Assembly (NCBI GenBank): GCA_049699855.1
Contig: JBNAWM010000047.1
Location: forward strand, 1-11,455
Length of the DNA: 11,455 bases
Source of the DNA: Candidatus Cryosericum sp.
GTDB taxonomy: Bacteria; Caldisericota; Caldisericia; Cryosericales; Cryosericaceae
Direction: 5' to 3'
Shown here: in pieces, positions 1 to 6,929 of the stretch
Numbering within the stretch: position 1 is the first letter of the stretch
How the letters are laid out: every line of letters begins with the position of its first letter
Notes under the pieces: model-generated
Database searches by the model: none
Seen by the model: only the letters and a program-made list of their open reading frames with translations
What the model was told of the DNA's origin: nothing
Made by a program: the position numbers and the translations under genes

Positions 1-33
1 CACGCTTTTGCGGAGTACATCCACAAAAAGTAG
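1..33 (+). CDS. 3' end of an upstream gene (partial, ...HAFAEYIHKK*), product unknown
   Basis: Frame 1 reads HAFAEYIHKK to TAG at 31-33, followed by lower-GC intergenic DNA. Too short to identify or to be sure it is coding. Confidence 0.4.
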   Translation, partial: HAFAEYIHKK

Positions 34-52
34 GCATTAATCAGTGGTTCCC

Positions 53-229
53 TAGAAACCGAAAGTAACGAAATGGTAACGATTCCTTGTTCGCCCGGAT
101 CGTTCCCAACTTTCTCTTCCAAAATACGACGCAAAGAGCAACGGTTTCACTGACAATATCCCTTGCCTCTCCACTCGTAGAACAGACAAGGAATGCGTTT
201 GTTACCTTTGATGTTCCTCTCCATCTCTA
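53..229. repeat. Degenerate long inverted repeat (possible MITE remnant or structured RNA)
   Basis: GGTAAC (75-80) pairs with GTTACC (201-206), and ATTCCTTGT (82-90) pairs with ACAAGGAAT (186-194). Weaker complementarity extends to about 53 and 229. Confidence 0.45.
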
Positions 230-291
230 TAACGGAGATCTCGCCAAATGTCCGAATCAAGTCCCGGTGATCGCGCCCCTCGACACAAGAA

Positions 292-319
292 TGGATTCCC
301 GCCTTCGCGGGAATGACGG
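292..319 (-). repeat. CGTC-tagged REP-like palindrome (dRS3-like ATTCCC-N8-GGGAAT)
   Basis: ATTCCCGC-CTTC-GCGGGAAT at 295-314. The minus strand reads CCGTCATTCCCGCGAAGGCGGGAATCCA, the widespread 'VIPAKAGI' palindromic repeat. Confidence 0.85.
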
Positions 320-363
320 GGGGGTGCGGGAATGACGGAGGGGTGCGGGAATGACGGACTGGA
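307..363 (+). repeat. 3 x 19-bp tandem repeat, core GCGGGAATGACGG
   Basis: Units start at 307, 326 and 345: GCGGGAATGACGG-GGGGGT, -AGGGGT, -ACTGGA. Confidence 0.9.
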
Positions 364-384
364 GCGCACCTCCTGCGCAAGTCG

Positions 385-417
385 TGATATGCTATGTTCA
401 TGTCATGACGGAGGTGA
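385..417 (+). promoter_or_regulatory. Candidate extended -10 element and Shine-Dalgarno of mnmG
   Basis: TG-A-TATGCT (385-393) or TG-C-TATGTT (390-398). GGAGGTGA at 410-417 precedes ATG 422. The SD is clear; the promoter is tentative. Confidence 0.45.
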
Positions 418-421
418 ACCA

Positions 422-2362
422 ATGAGCGAACAGGGACAGCACATGCATGATGAATTCAGTGGTGGAAGAAGGTATGACTGCATCGTCGTCGGGGCAGGAC
501 ATGCCGGATCTGAAGCAGCATTGGTGGCAGCGCGTGCCGGACTCAGCGTCCTTGTGCTGACGGGTTCGATGGACGCCATTGCCTGGATGCCCTGCAACCC
601 TGCCATCGGCGGTCCCGGCAAGGCACAGGTTGTGCGTGAGGTCGACGCCCTCGGGGGCGAGATGGGCCTCAACGCCGAGCGGGCGCTGACCCAGATCAAG
701 CTGCTCAACACCTCCAAGGGACGCGCAGTGCAGAGTGTGCGCACCCAATGCGACAAGTGGGAGTACAGCGCCAGCATGAAACAGGTGCTGGAGAGCCAGC
801 CAAACCTGACACTCAAGCAGGAGCGCGTGGAGCGCCTGCTGACGCAATCCGGCCACGTCACAGGTGTCGTCACCAACTACCGCGTCCGATACGAGGCAGA
901 CACTGTGATCCTGACGACAGGCACGTACCTGGGCGGCGTTGTTCATATCAGTGACATCGCCATTCCCGCTGGACGCGCCTGGGACTTTGCCAGCAGCGGC
1001 ATCAGCGACTCCCTGCGAGAACTGGGCTTTGACGTCCAGCGGTTCAATACGGGCACAACGCCACGCATTGACAAGCGAAGCGTGGACCTGAGCAAATTCG
1101 TGCTGGAGGAGGGCGATAGCATCCCCCTGCACTGGTCCTTCCGCAGCAAGCCGCGTGTCTGGGAACACCAGCTGCCCAGCTACCTGAACTGGACCAATCC
1201 GCAGACGATCGAGGTTACCCGCAAGTACATGCAGCTATCGCCATCCGTCATGGGTCTCATGGTCCACGTTGGCCCGCGCACCTGTCCCAGCATTGAGGAA
1301 AAGGTCCGCTGGTATCCGGACAAAACGCGGCACCAGCTGTTCCTGGAGCAGGAAGGCAGGAATACCAACGAAATGTATGTGCAGGGCATGTACATGAGCG
1401 TTCCACTGCCCATGCAGGAAGAGATCCTGCGCACCATCCCCGGCATGGAACACGTGGAGATCATGCGTCCGGCCTATGCCATCGCCTACGACTACGTCAA
1501 CCCGCAGGAACTGAAGCTGACGCTGGAAACAAAACGCGTCGAAGGGCTATTCCTTGCTGGCCAGATCAACGGCACTACCGGATACGACGAGGCGGCGGGG
1601 CAGGGCATCATTGCCGGCATCAATGCCGCCCAGAAAGTCAGGGGAAGGGATCCGTTTATTCTGCGCCGTTCGGACGGCTACCTGGGTGTGCTGGTCGACG
1701 ACCTCACGACCAAGGAGCTCGTCGAACCGTACCGCATCACACCCAGCCATTGCGAGTACCGCCTCATCCTGCGTGAGGACAATGCCGACCTGCGCCTGAC
1801 CCCCATCGCCCATGAACTCGGGATCATCGACGCAGTCTCCTACCAGCGCGTCGTGCACAAACAGCAGGAACTGGACCGTCTCAAGGAAGTCCTTCGTACC
1901 CGGATGCTGAACCCCGACAGCTCAACGCTGGGCAAGCTTTCCAGCGCGGGCATTGCTCCCATCCAGACACCAACATCTCTTGCGACGCTCTTGAAACGCC
2001 AGGACTTCTGGAGGCAAGACCTCACCACAGTGGCCCCCGACCTGGCAGACGTGGACGACGAGTTGCTGGAAGAACTGGAGACTGAAATCAAGTACGAAGG
2101 GTACATTGTGCGTCAACAAGCGAAGGTCCGCGACCTCTCCCAACTGGAAGGCTACTTGGTGCCACCCGAAATCGACTTCAATCTGGTGCCTTCCCTGTCG
2201 AAGGAAGGACGCGAGCGCCTGGTGGAGGCAAAGCCGCAGACGCTGGGCCAGGCATCCCGTCTCAGCGGCGTTCGACCTGCCGATGTGGCCGTGCTCCTGC
2301 ACTATCTACAAAGCCGCAGGCGTACGGCTCGTGAGTCACCGGGATCGAATGAGGAGTGCTGA
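422..2362 (+). CDS. mnmG: tRNA uridine-34 5-carboxymethylaminomethyl modification enzyme MnmG/GidA (646 aa), divergent
   Basis: Motifs VVGAGHAG (FAD), [20 protein letters not shown], GPRx[39 protein letters not shown] and a C-terminal [14 protein letters not shown]. Start set at ATG 422 (strong SD) rather than 332, which lies inside the repeat. Confidence 0.95.
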   Translation: MSEQGQHMHDEFSGGRRYDCIVVGAGHAGSEAALVAARAGLSVLVLTGSMDAIAWMPCNPAIGGPGKAQVVREVDALGGEMGLNAERALTQIKLLNTSKGRAVQSVRTQCDKWEYSASMKQVLESQPNLTLKQERVERLLTQSGHVTGVVTNYRVRYEADTVILTTGTYLGGVVHISDIAIPAGRAWDFASSGISDSLRELGFDVQRFNTGTTPRIDKRSVDLSKFVLEEGDSIPLHWSFRSKPRVWEHQLPSYLNWTNPQTIEVTRKYMQLSPSVMGLMVHVGPRTCPSIEEKVRWYPDKTRHQLFLEQEGRNTNEMYVQGMYMSVPLPMQEEILRTIPGMEHVEIMRPAYAIAYDYVNPQELKLTLETKRVEGLFLAGQINGTTGYDEAAGQGIIAGINAAQKVRGRDPFILRRSDGYLGVLVDDLTTKELVEPYRITPSHCEYRLILREDNADLRLTPIAHELGIIDAVSYQRVVHKQQELDRLKEVLRTRMLNPDSSTLGKLSSAGIAPIQTPTSLATLLKRQDFWRQDLTTVAPDLADVDDELLEELETEIKYEGYIVRQQAKVRDLSQLEGYLVPPEIDFNLVPSLSKEGRERLVEAKPQTLGQASRLSGVRPADVAVLLHYLQSRRRTARESPGSNEEC

Positions 2363-2402
2363 CCGCCCACTGCCCTGACTTGTCGGCGCAGGCAACAGAC
2401 AG

Positions 2403-3578
2403 CTAGTGCCCTGCATAGATGGAAGCCAGCTTGGACAGCTCGGCAAACACAGCCTGCACGGCAATATTGTCGCCGTCAGCGTTCGTGAAAAGAATGACGC
2501 CAATGTTCCGTGCTGGCTGAAGAAAGACAAAAGTGTCAAAAGTATCGCAGGTCCCGCGGTGCCAGCTTGTCTGGACGCTATCGACCGGTTCCTCGTGCCA
2601 TCCGCAGCTGTAGGCCAGGACTGGTTGATGCAGGCGCTTGATCATGGCACTCGAAAGAATCGCCCCATCCTTTCCCTCCAGCCCCGCAAGTTGCAAACGC
2701 GCAAACCTGCTATAGTCGAGAATAGACATGCTGACATCGCCGGCTGGTGCGAGGACAGTAGGCACCTTATACCCATCAGCCGGATCGTGCGGCGTCACCA
2801 CGCCGTCCTTGATGTGATGTCCCCACGGCTCGTCAGTACCGGACAGGAGCGGCCAACCATAGGCAGCGTGCATGCCAAGAGGACCAAAGACACGTTCCTG
2901 CATCAACTGCTCCCAGGACTGCCCAGTCGCCCGCTCAGCAATCGCGGCCGCGACAGCATATCCTGCATTGGAGTAGCGGTAAATACCTGCCGGGCCGATA
3001 GGTGGTTTTGTCAGCAGCATGCGCGCAAATGCCTGCCGCTGCTGCGCCGGCGTTCCCGTGAAGGGGGGAATGCTTACCCACTCCGGATCCGTCGTGTAGC
3101 GGGGCAATCCGGATGTATGAGTCAACAGCTGCTCAAGCGTTACATCTCGATATCGTGAATCCATAACGGATGCCCAGGACGGGAATGCCTGTACCATCGT
3201 CATGTCCCAGCTCAACCTCCCTTGCTGAACCAGGGTTGCCAGCATGGTTGCCGTCATGGCTTTCGTCATGGAACCAAGGTGAAACAGGTCTGACGTCGTG
3301 ACAGCCTCTGTGCCCCCGACCTTGCGCACACCTGTCACCGCCGTGTCGACAATGCCATCCGCCCGGATCACGCAAGCCTCGATGGCGGGCAGGTGATATG
3401 TCTCACGCAGTGTTACAAGGTCGCGCTGAAGAACAGTCGGCCGCGCAGGAATCATGACAGCATTGGGAGGGTAGGTCGGAGCCTCGACCTCAAGTGCGGG
3501 CAGAGCAGCGAGCGCTGTCACCGCCAATACCAGCGTCAGTGCTGTTCCTATCAGTATCCTTGTCAGCCGATTGCGCAT
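2403..3578 (-). CDS. Exported serine hydrolase, beta-lactamase class C / PBP-like family (391 aa)
   Basis: SxxK (GSMTK), LLTHTSGLP, YxN (YSN) and HRG triad. N-terminal signal/TM segment MRNRLTRILIGTALTLVLAVTALA. Start set at 3578 because the longer ORF overlaps the divergent gene. Confidence 0.88.
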   Translation of the reverse strand: MRNRLTRILIGTALTLVLAVTALAALPALEVEAPTYPPNAVMIPARPTVLQRDLVTLRETYHLPAIEACVIRADGIVDTAVTGVRKVGGTEAVTTSDLFHLGSMTKAMTATMLATLVQQGRLSWDMTMVQAFPSWASVMDSRYRDVTLEQLLTHTSGLPRYTTDPEWVSIPPFTGTPAQQRQAFARMLLTKPPIGPAGIYRYSNAGYAVAAAIAERATGQSWEQLMQERVFGPLGMHAAYGWPLLSGTDEPWGHHIKDGVVTPHDPADGYKVPTVLAPAGDVSMSILDYSRFARLQLAGLEGKDGAILSSAMIKRLHQPVLAYSCGWHEEPVDSVQTSWHRGTCDTFDTFVFLQPARNIGVILFTNADGDNIAVQAVFAELSKLASIYAGH

Positions 3579-3584
3579 GTGCTT

Positions 3585-3593
3585 ATTGTACCA
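3585..3593 (-). promoter_or_regulatory. Extended -10 promoter (TG-G-TACAAT) positioned for a leaderless transcript
   Basis: Minus strand reads TGGTACAAT-aagcac-ATG: 6 nt between the -10 and ATG 3578, with no SD. Confidence 0.65.
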
Positions 3594-3665
3594 CGGGAAC
3601 ATATCTGCTGTCTTCACAGTCGAATACGTGTAGCAAGCAATGATTCTGTTCGTGTGGAGGTACAC

Positions 3666-4283
3666 ATGACAAGAAGAAGTATTGGACTGACAAGCATCAT
3701 TCTGGTAATTTTGCTCGGCTTTGGTGCGCTGGTTGCTGTCCCTGCCGTGTACGCAGGAACAGGAAAGCCTGCTCCGAAAACTGAGGCGAAGCAAGTCGCA
3801 GCTTCAAGGCAGGCACTGTCGCCTGCAGATCAGGCAAAGCTGGATGTCCTGAAGGGGCTCTACAAGCAGATTGCGGAGACAGCAAAGGCCATCCGTGAGA
3901 AGGTGAAGGCGGCCAAGGCAGCTGGAAAGGACCTGGCCCCGTTCATTGCCGATCTCAAGACCGCCCAGAAAGACGCGACGCACAGATTGGTTTCGCGCGG
4001 GCTCATGCTGACACAGGCAGAACGCACCCAGCTTGAGACGATGCAATCGTCCGTCCGCGCATTGGAGCAGCAGCTGAAGACCCAGCGCAAAGCTAAGGCA
4101 GACAAGGCCGTGCTGGATGCCATCAAGGCACAGATCAAGACCGCTGTCACTGCGCGCAACGCCTTCCTCAAGACGGTGCGCACGGCTGCGCTTGCGCAGT
4201 ATTCGGCACGACTCGATACCTTGATTGCCGAGGCTGGCGCAAAGCTTGCATTCATGCAGGCACTGCTCATTAGACTGCCGTAG
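3666..4283 (+). CDS. Hypothetical secreted Ala/Lys-rich alpha-helical protein (205 aa)
   Basis: SD GGAGGT (3656-3661) before ATG 3666. Signal peptide ends in VYA. Heptad-like amphipathic helices, GC-rich third codon positions and a following terminator. Confidence 0.85.
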   Translation: MTRRSIGLTSIILVILLGFGALVAVPAVYAGTGKPAPKTEAKQVAASRQALSPADQAKLDVLKGLYKQIAETAKAIREKVKAAKAAGKDLAPFIADLKTAQKDATHRLVSRGLMLTQAERTQLETMQSSVRALEQQLKTQRKAKADKAVLDAIKAQIKTAVTARNAFLKTVRTAALAQYSARLDTLIAEAGAKLAFMQALLIRLP

Positions 4284-4305
4284 CATCAGGTTTATCCTGA
4301 CTGGC

Positions 4306-4350
4306 AGGAGGGTTGGCGCCCATGGGCGCCAACCCTCCTTTTGGTTTTTT
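4306..4350 (+). terminator. Intrinsic terminator
   Basis: Perfect 34-nt palindrome AGGAGGGTTGGCGCCCA/TGGGCGCCAACCCTCCT (4306-4339) followed by TTTGGTTTTTT, 22 nt after the stop at 4283. Confidence 0.9.
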
Positions 4351-4368
4351 GGAAGTCTTCCGTATACT
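4341..4368 (+). promoter_or_regulatory. Candidate sigma70-type promoter for the lipoprotein gene
   Basis: TTGGTT (4341-4346), 16-nt spacer, TATACT (4363-4368). The -35 match is weak. Confidence 0.3.
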
Positions 4369-4483
4369 GCCGTCAGTGCGCAGGGGTACCTGCTCCTTTG
4401 ATGCATGTCAGGTGATTCGAACACAGCTGAGATGGACTGATGCCGACAGATTGTTTGACGTTCTACAGGGGGAGATGAAGCGT

Positions 4484-4939
4484 ATGGGAAGGAAGATTGC
4501 TGCCATAGTTGCTGTCTTGGTGCTCGTAGTCTCCATCGCAGGTTGCAACACTGGTCCCATGCAATCGAGCGAGGGCAATGTCAAGGTTACCCTCCCAACT
4601 CGCGGAGAGACAGTCACGTTCGTAAAACAAAGCGACGGCTCATGGAAGGGCACTATTCGCACCACTGGAATGGCGCGCGCTTTCGAGGCAACGGTCAGCT
4701 GGCAGGTGACAAGGCCGACGAACGGCAGCTCGAGTGTCTCTCTGGGTCAGGGAAGCTTCATGACCTCTGCCGGTGCCCCGGACTTTGGCACCTTTGATCA
4801 GACGCTTGTCCTGACCAGCCCTGCATCACAGCCTGTTCCTGCGGGGAACGCGACCCTGCGCATCTTCATTGCGAGCATGAAAGATGGTAGTCAACAGGAT
4901 ATCGTGGACGTCCTGCTGATGCTGCACGCAGAACAGTGA
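4484..4939 (+). CDS. Lipoprotein with Gmad2 immunoglobulin-like domain (151 aa)
   Basis: GGGGGAG SD before ATG 4484 (alternative ATG 4475). Lipobox IAG-C. GMARAFEATVSWQV, APDFGTF and LRIFIASMKDGS match the Gmad2 pattern. Confidence 0.8.
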   Translation: MGRKIAAIVAVLVLVVSIAGCNTGPMQSSEGNVKVTLPTRGETVTFVKQSDGSWKGTIRTTGMARAFEATVSWQVTRPTNGSSSVSLGQGSFMTSAGAPDFGTFDQTLVLTSPASQPVPAGNATLRIFIASMKDGSQQDIVDVLLMLHAEQ

Positions 4940-5056
4940 AGGACCGTTCTGGAACAACTTGCCGAGGTTGCCAGTCTAAGTGATACAGGGGACTGTCCGG
5001 AAGAGGCGAGGCAGCTGCAGCTGCCACGTCCGATGAAGGACCTGATCCTGCAAATG

Positions 5057-5091
5057 GTAACGGGAGGGCCGTGCGTAGGCCTTCCCGTTAC
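5057..5091. terminator. Hairpin between convergent genes, probable (possibly bidirectional) terminator
   Basis: GTAACGGGAGGGCC (5057-5070) / GGCCTTCCCGTTAC (5078-5091): 14-bp stem with one G-U or mismatch, 4 nt from the GT2 stop. U-tails are weak. Confidence 0.65.
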
Positions 5092-5095
5092 TGCG

Positions 5096-6265
5096 TTATT
5101 TCCGTTCGCCCTGCTGACGCTGTGAACTGCAGACAACCCGATCTTTCCAGGTCGTGTGCCGCGTGATGGATTGCAGCAGTGACCGGAACGCAATGAAGAC
5201 ACAGACGGGTTGCCCCATGACCCACGTCAAGCTCAAAACCCATGGAAACTTAAAGCGCGCAGCGATGATGCCCCACTGGAGGATGGACAGGCCGACCGCA
5301 CTCACCGCCGTCACGATGCCCTCAAGCGGAAAGGCATATCCCAGCGCTGCAGCAACCAGAACTGCGATCGGCGCGGTGTACACCATGAGCACGATCAGCC
5401 AGACAAAGATGAACAGCAGCGGGTTGTGATAGAAGACCGCATACAAGTTCTTCGAGAATCCCCGAACGCTGTTCCAAAAACCCTCATACATGCGGCAGAA
5501 GATCCGGCCGGTTCCGTCCGCAAGGCGCCACCGCATCTTCGATGTCTTGAAAAGCCGAGCCAGTGCCAGATCGTCCACGACGTTCGAGCGAATGCGCTCA
5601 AATCCGCCCACCTTACGCAGCGACGCAGTGCGAAACATCATATATTGACCGATGGCCGATGCCAACAGAGACGTCTTCGTATGAAATGCCAGCCACATCG
5701 GCAGGAGCGCGAAGAAGGACCAAACCGGCATGGGAACGGTCAGAAGCTCTCCAAATGTCCCGACCAACTCGCGAGGGATGGCAGACAGCAAGTCCAAGTT
5801 CCACGTGAGCATTGCCGAAACGCCGTTGCGCGCCGCGGCCGCATCAAGCCACGTGTCAGCGTCAACGTACAGGACGTACTCACCATCCGCCTGTTCCAGC
5901 AACTGCTGACATGCCCAGTGCTTGCCAATCCAACCGGCGGGCAGAGGCTGCCCCTGCAGGACGCGCAACCTGGAATCATGTTCTGCGAGCCGACGCACGA
6001 TCTCGCCAGTGCCATCGCTTGACGCATCGTTCAGGACGAGCACGTCGAAATCAGGGTAGTCCTGCGCCAGAAGTGATGTAACGCAGCGTTCGATCACCTT
6101 TTCCTCGTTGCGCGCCGGCACCAGGATGGAGATGCGCGGCACGCGCGGCAATACGGTGAACGCCTCCAGATGTCGCAGCGTGAACCAGTTGCTGATCTCG
6201 ATGAGTGTGGTGACGACGAGGAACCCGATGACGGTCCACTGCTGGGCTATCCAGAATGCTTTCAT
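5096..6265 (-). CDS. Membrane glycosyltransferase family 2, CrtQ/CruC-like (389 aa)
   Basis: ILVPARNEE, LNDASSDGT, GWIGKHWACQQL, DxD (VDAD), GQYMMF, VVDDLALA, RMY. N- and C-terminal TM helices. ATG 6265 overlaps the upstream TGA (ATGA). Confidence 0.9.
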   Translation of the reverse strand: MKAFWIAQQWTVIGFLVVTTLIEISNWFTLRHLEAFTVLPRVPRISILVPARNEEKVIERCVTSLLAQDYPDFDVLVLNDASSDGTGEIVRRLAEHDSRLRVLQGQPLPAGWIGKHWACQQLLEQADGEYVLYVDADTWLDAAAARNGVSAMLTWNLDLLSAIPRELVGTFGELLTVPMPVWSFFALLPMWLAFHTKTSLLASAIGQYMMFRTASLRKVGGFERIRSNVVDDLALARLFKTSKMRWRLADGTGRIFCRMYEGFWNSVRGFSKNLYAVFYHNPLLFIFVWLIVLMVYTAPIAVLVAAALGYAFPLEGIVTAVSAVGLSILQWGIIAARFKFPWVLSLTWVMGQPVCVFIAFRSLLQSITRHTTWKDRVVCSSQRQQGERK

Positions 6266-6927
6266 GACGCCTGTCGTCGCTCCTTGAACAGTGGTGGATG
6301 GAGGTCCCGGGCGTGGCGCTGGAAGAGAAGGCCATAATTGGCAACCGCAGTCGCAAGCACAGGAGCTGACGGATACGACCACACCATGTAGACGGAGACG
6401 AGGAACCATGCGGCCATGACCGTCCAGGCATCCTCAAGCCGCACAAACAGGACCAGGAGACAAAGGACAAGTCCGAAGAACAGCGGAACGCGCCATAGCG
6501 TCAGGCCCATCCAGATGCCAAAGGTTGGTGCAATGCCCTTGCCGCCACGCCACCTGAGAAACGGCGAAAACATGTGTCCCAGCAGTGGACTGATCATGAT
6601 CGGGAGGATCGCCCATCCTGAGATGTGCGCACCCCAGTAGGCCAGAGCTACCGGAATGAAACCCTTCAGGCCTTCAAGAATGACAGACGTGAAACCGACC
6701 AGGGGCCCAGCCACCCGCCACGCATTGGCGGACCCGGGAGAGTGGTCCCCAACGTCACGCGGATCCCGACGCGCAAACAGCCGGGCGAGCAGCACGGCGA
6801 TCGGCAGCGCCCCCATGAAGAAACCAATCACCGACCACAGCAGGGTGGGCCCGAAAGAACCCATTCCCGGTATCAGCAGAGGCTGAGGGCCATGCATAAA
6901 TCCATACAGCGTCGTGGTCCCTGCCAC
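6262..6927 (-). CDS. plsY: PlsY-family (glycerol-3-phosphate acyltransferase-like) membrane protein, probably a paralog (221 aa)
   Basis: GALP, D-x-R-x-x-G-DHSPGSANAWR, EGLKG, GHMFSPFLRWRGGKGIA and RH motif; polytopic. GTG start with GAGGT upstream; later ATGs (6897, 6864) are possible. Confidence 0.8.
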   Translation of the reverse strand: MAGTTTLYGFMHGPQPLLIPGMGSFGPTLLWSVIGFFMGALPIAVLLARLFARRDPRDVGDHSPGSANAWRVAGPLVGFTSVILEGLKGFIPVALAYWGAHISGWAILPIMISPLLGHMFSPFLRWRGGKGIAPTFGIWMGLTLWRVPLFFGLVLCLLVLFVRLEDAWTVMAAWFLVSVYMVWSYPSAPVLATAVANYGLLFQRHARDLHPPLFKERRQAS

Positions 6928-6929
6928 CT

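Noticed and set aside
87..335. 82-aa plus-strand ORF
   Set aside because: No SD, atypical composition, and it ends in the repeat-derived MDSRLRGND peptide typical of spurious calls.
295..363. Possible mini CRISPR array
   Set aside because: The 13-nt core with 6-nt linkers is far too short for repeat-spacer units, and no cas genes are present.
332..421. 30-aa N-terminal extension of MnmG from ATG 332
   Set aside because: That ATG lies inside a repeat unit. ATG 422 has a strong SD and gives a typical MnmG length.
147..422. Minus-strand 91-aa ORF with a faint GIY-YIG (YhbQ-like) look-alike segment, TFGEISVIEMERNIKGNKR
   Set aside because: No GIY/YIG N-terminal motifs and no NPxW tail. The rest is translated repeat (VIPAKAGI). 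Too weak without an HMM hit.
2363..2402. Terminator between convergent mnmG and hydrolase genes
   Set aside because: Only weak, interrupted pairing and no U-tract.
2403..3578. Calling the hydrolase a beta-lactam resistance gene (ampC)
   Set aside because: The third motif is HRG rather than KTG. The family includes esterases and peptidases, so activity cannot be inferred.
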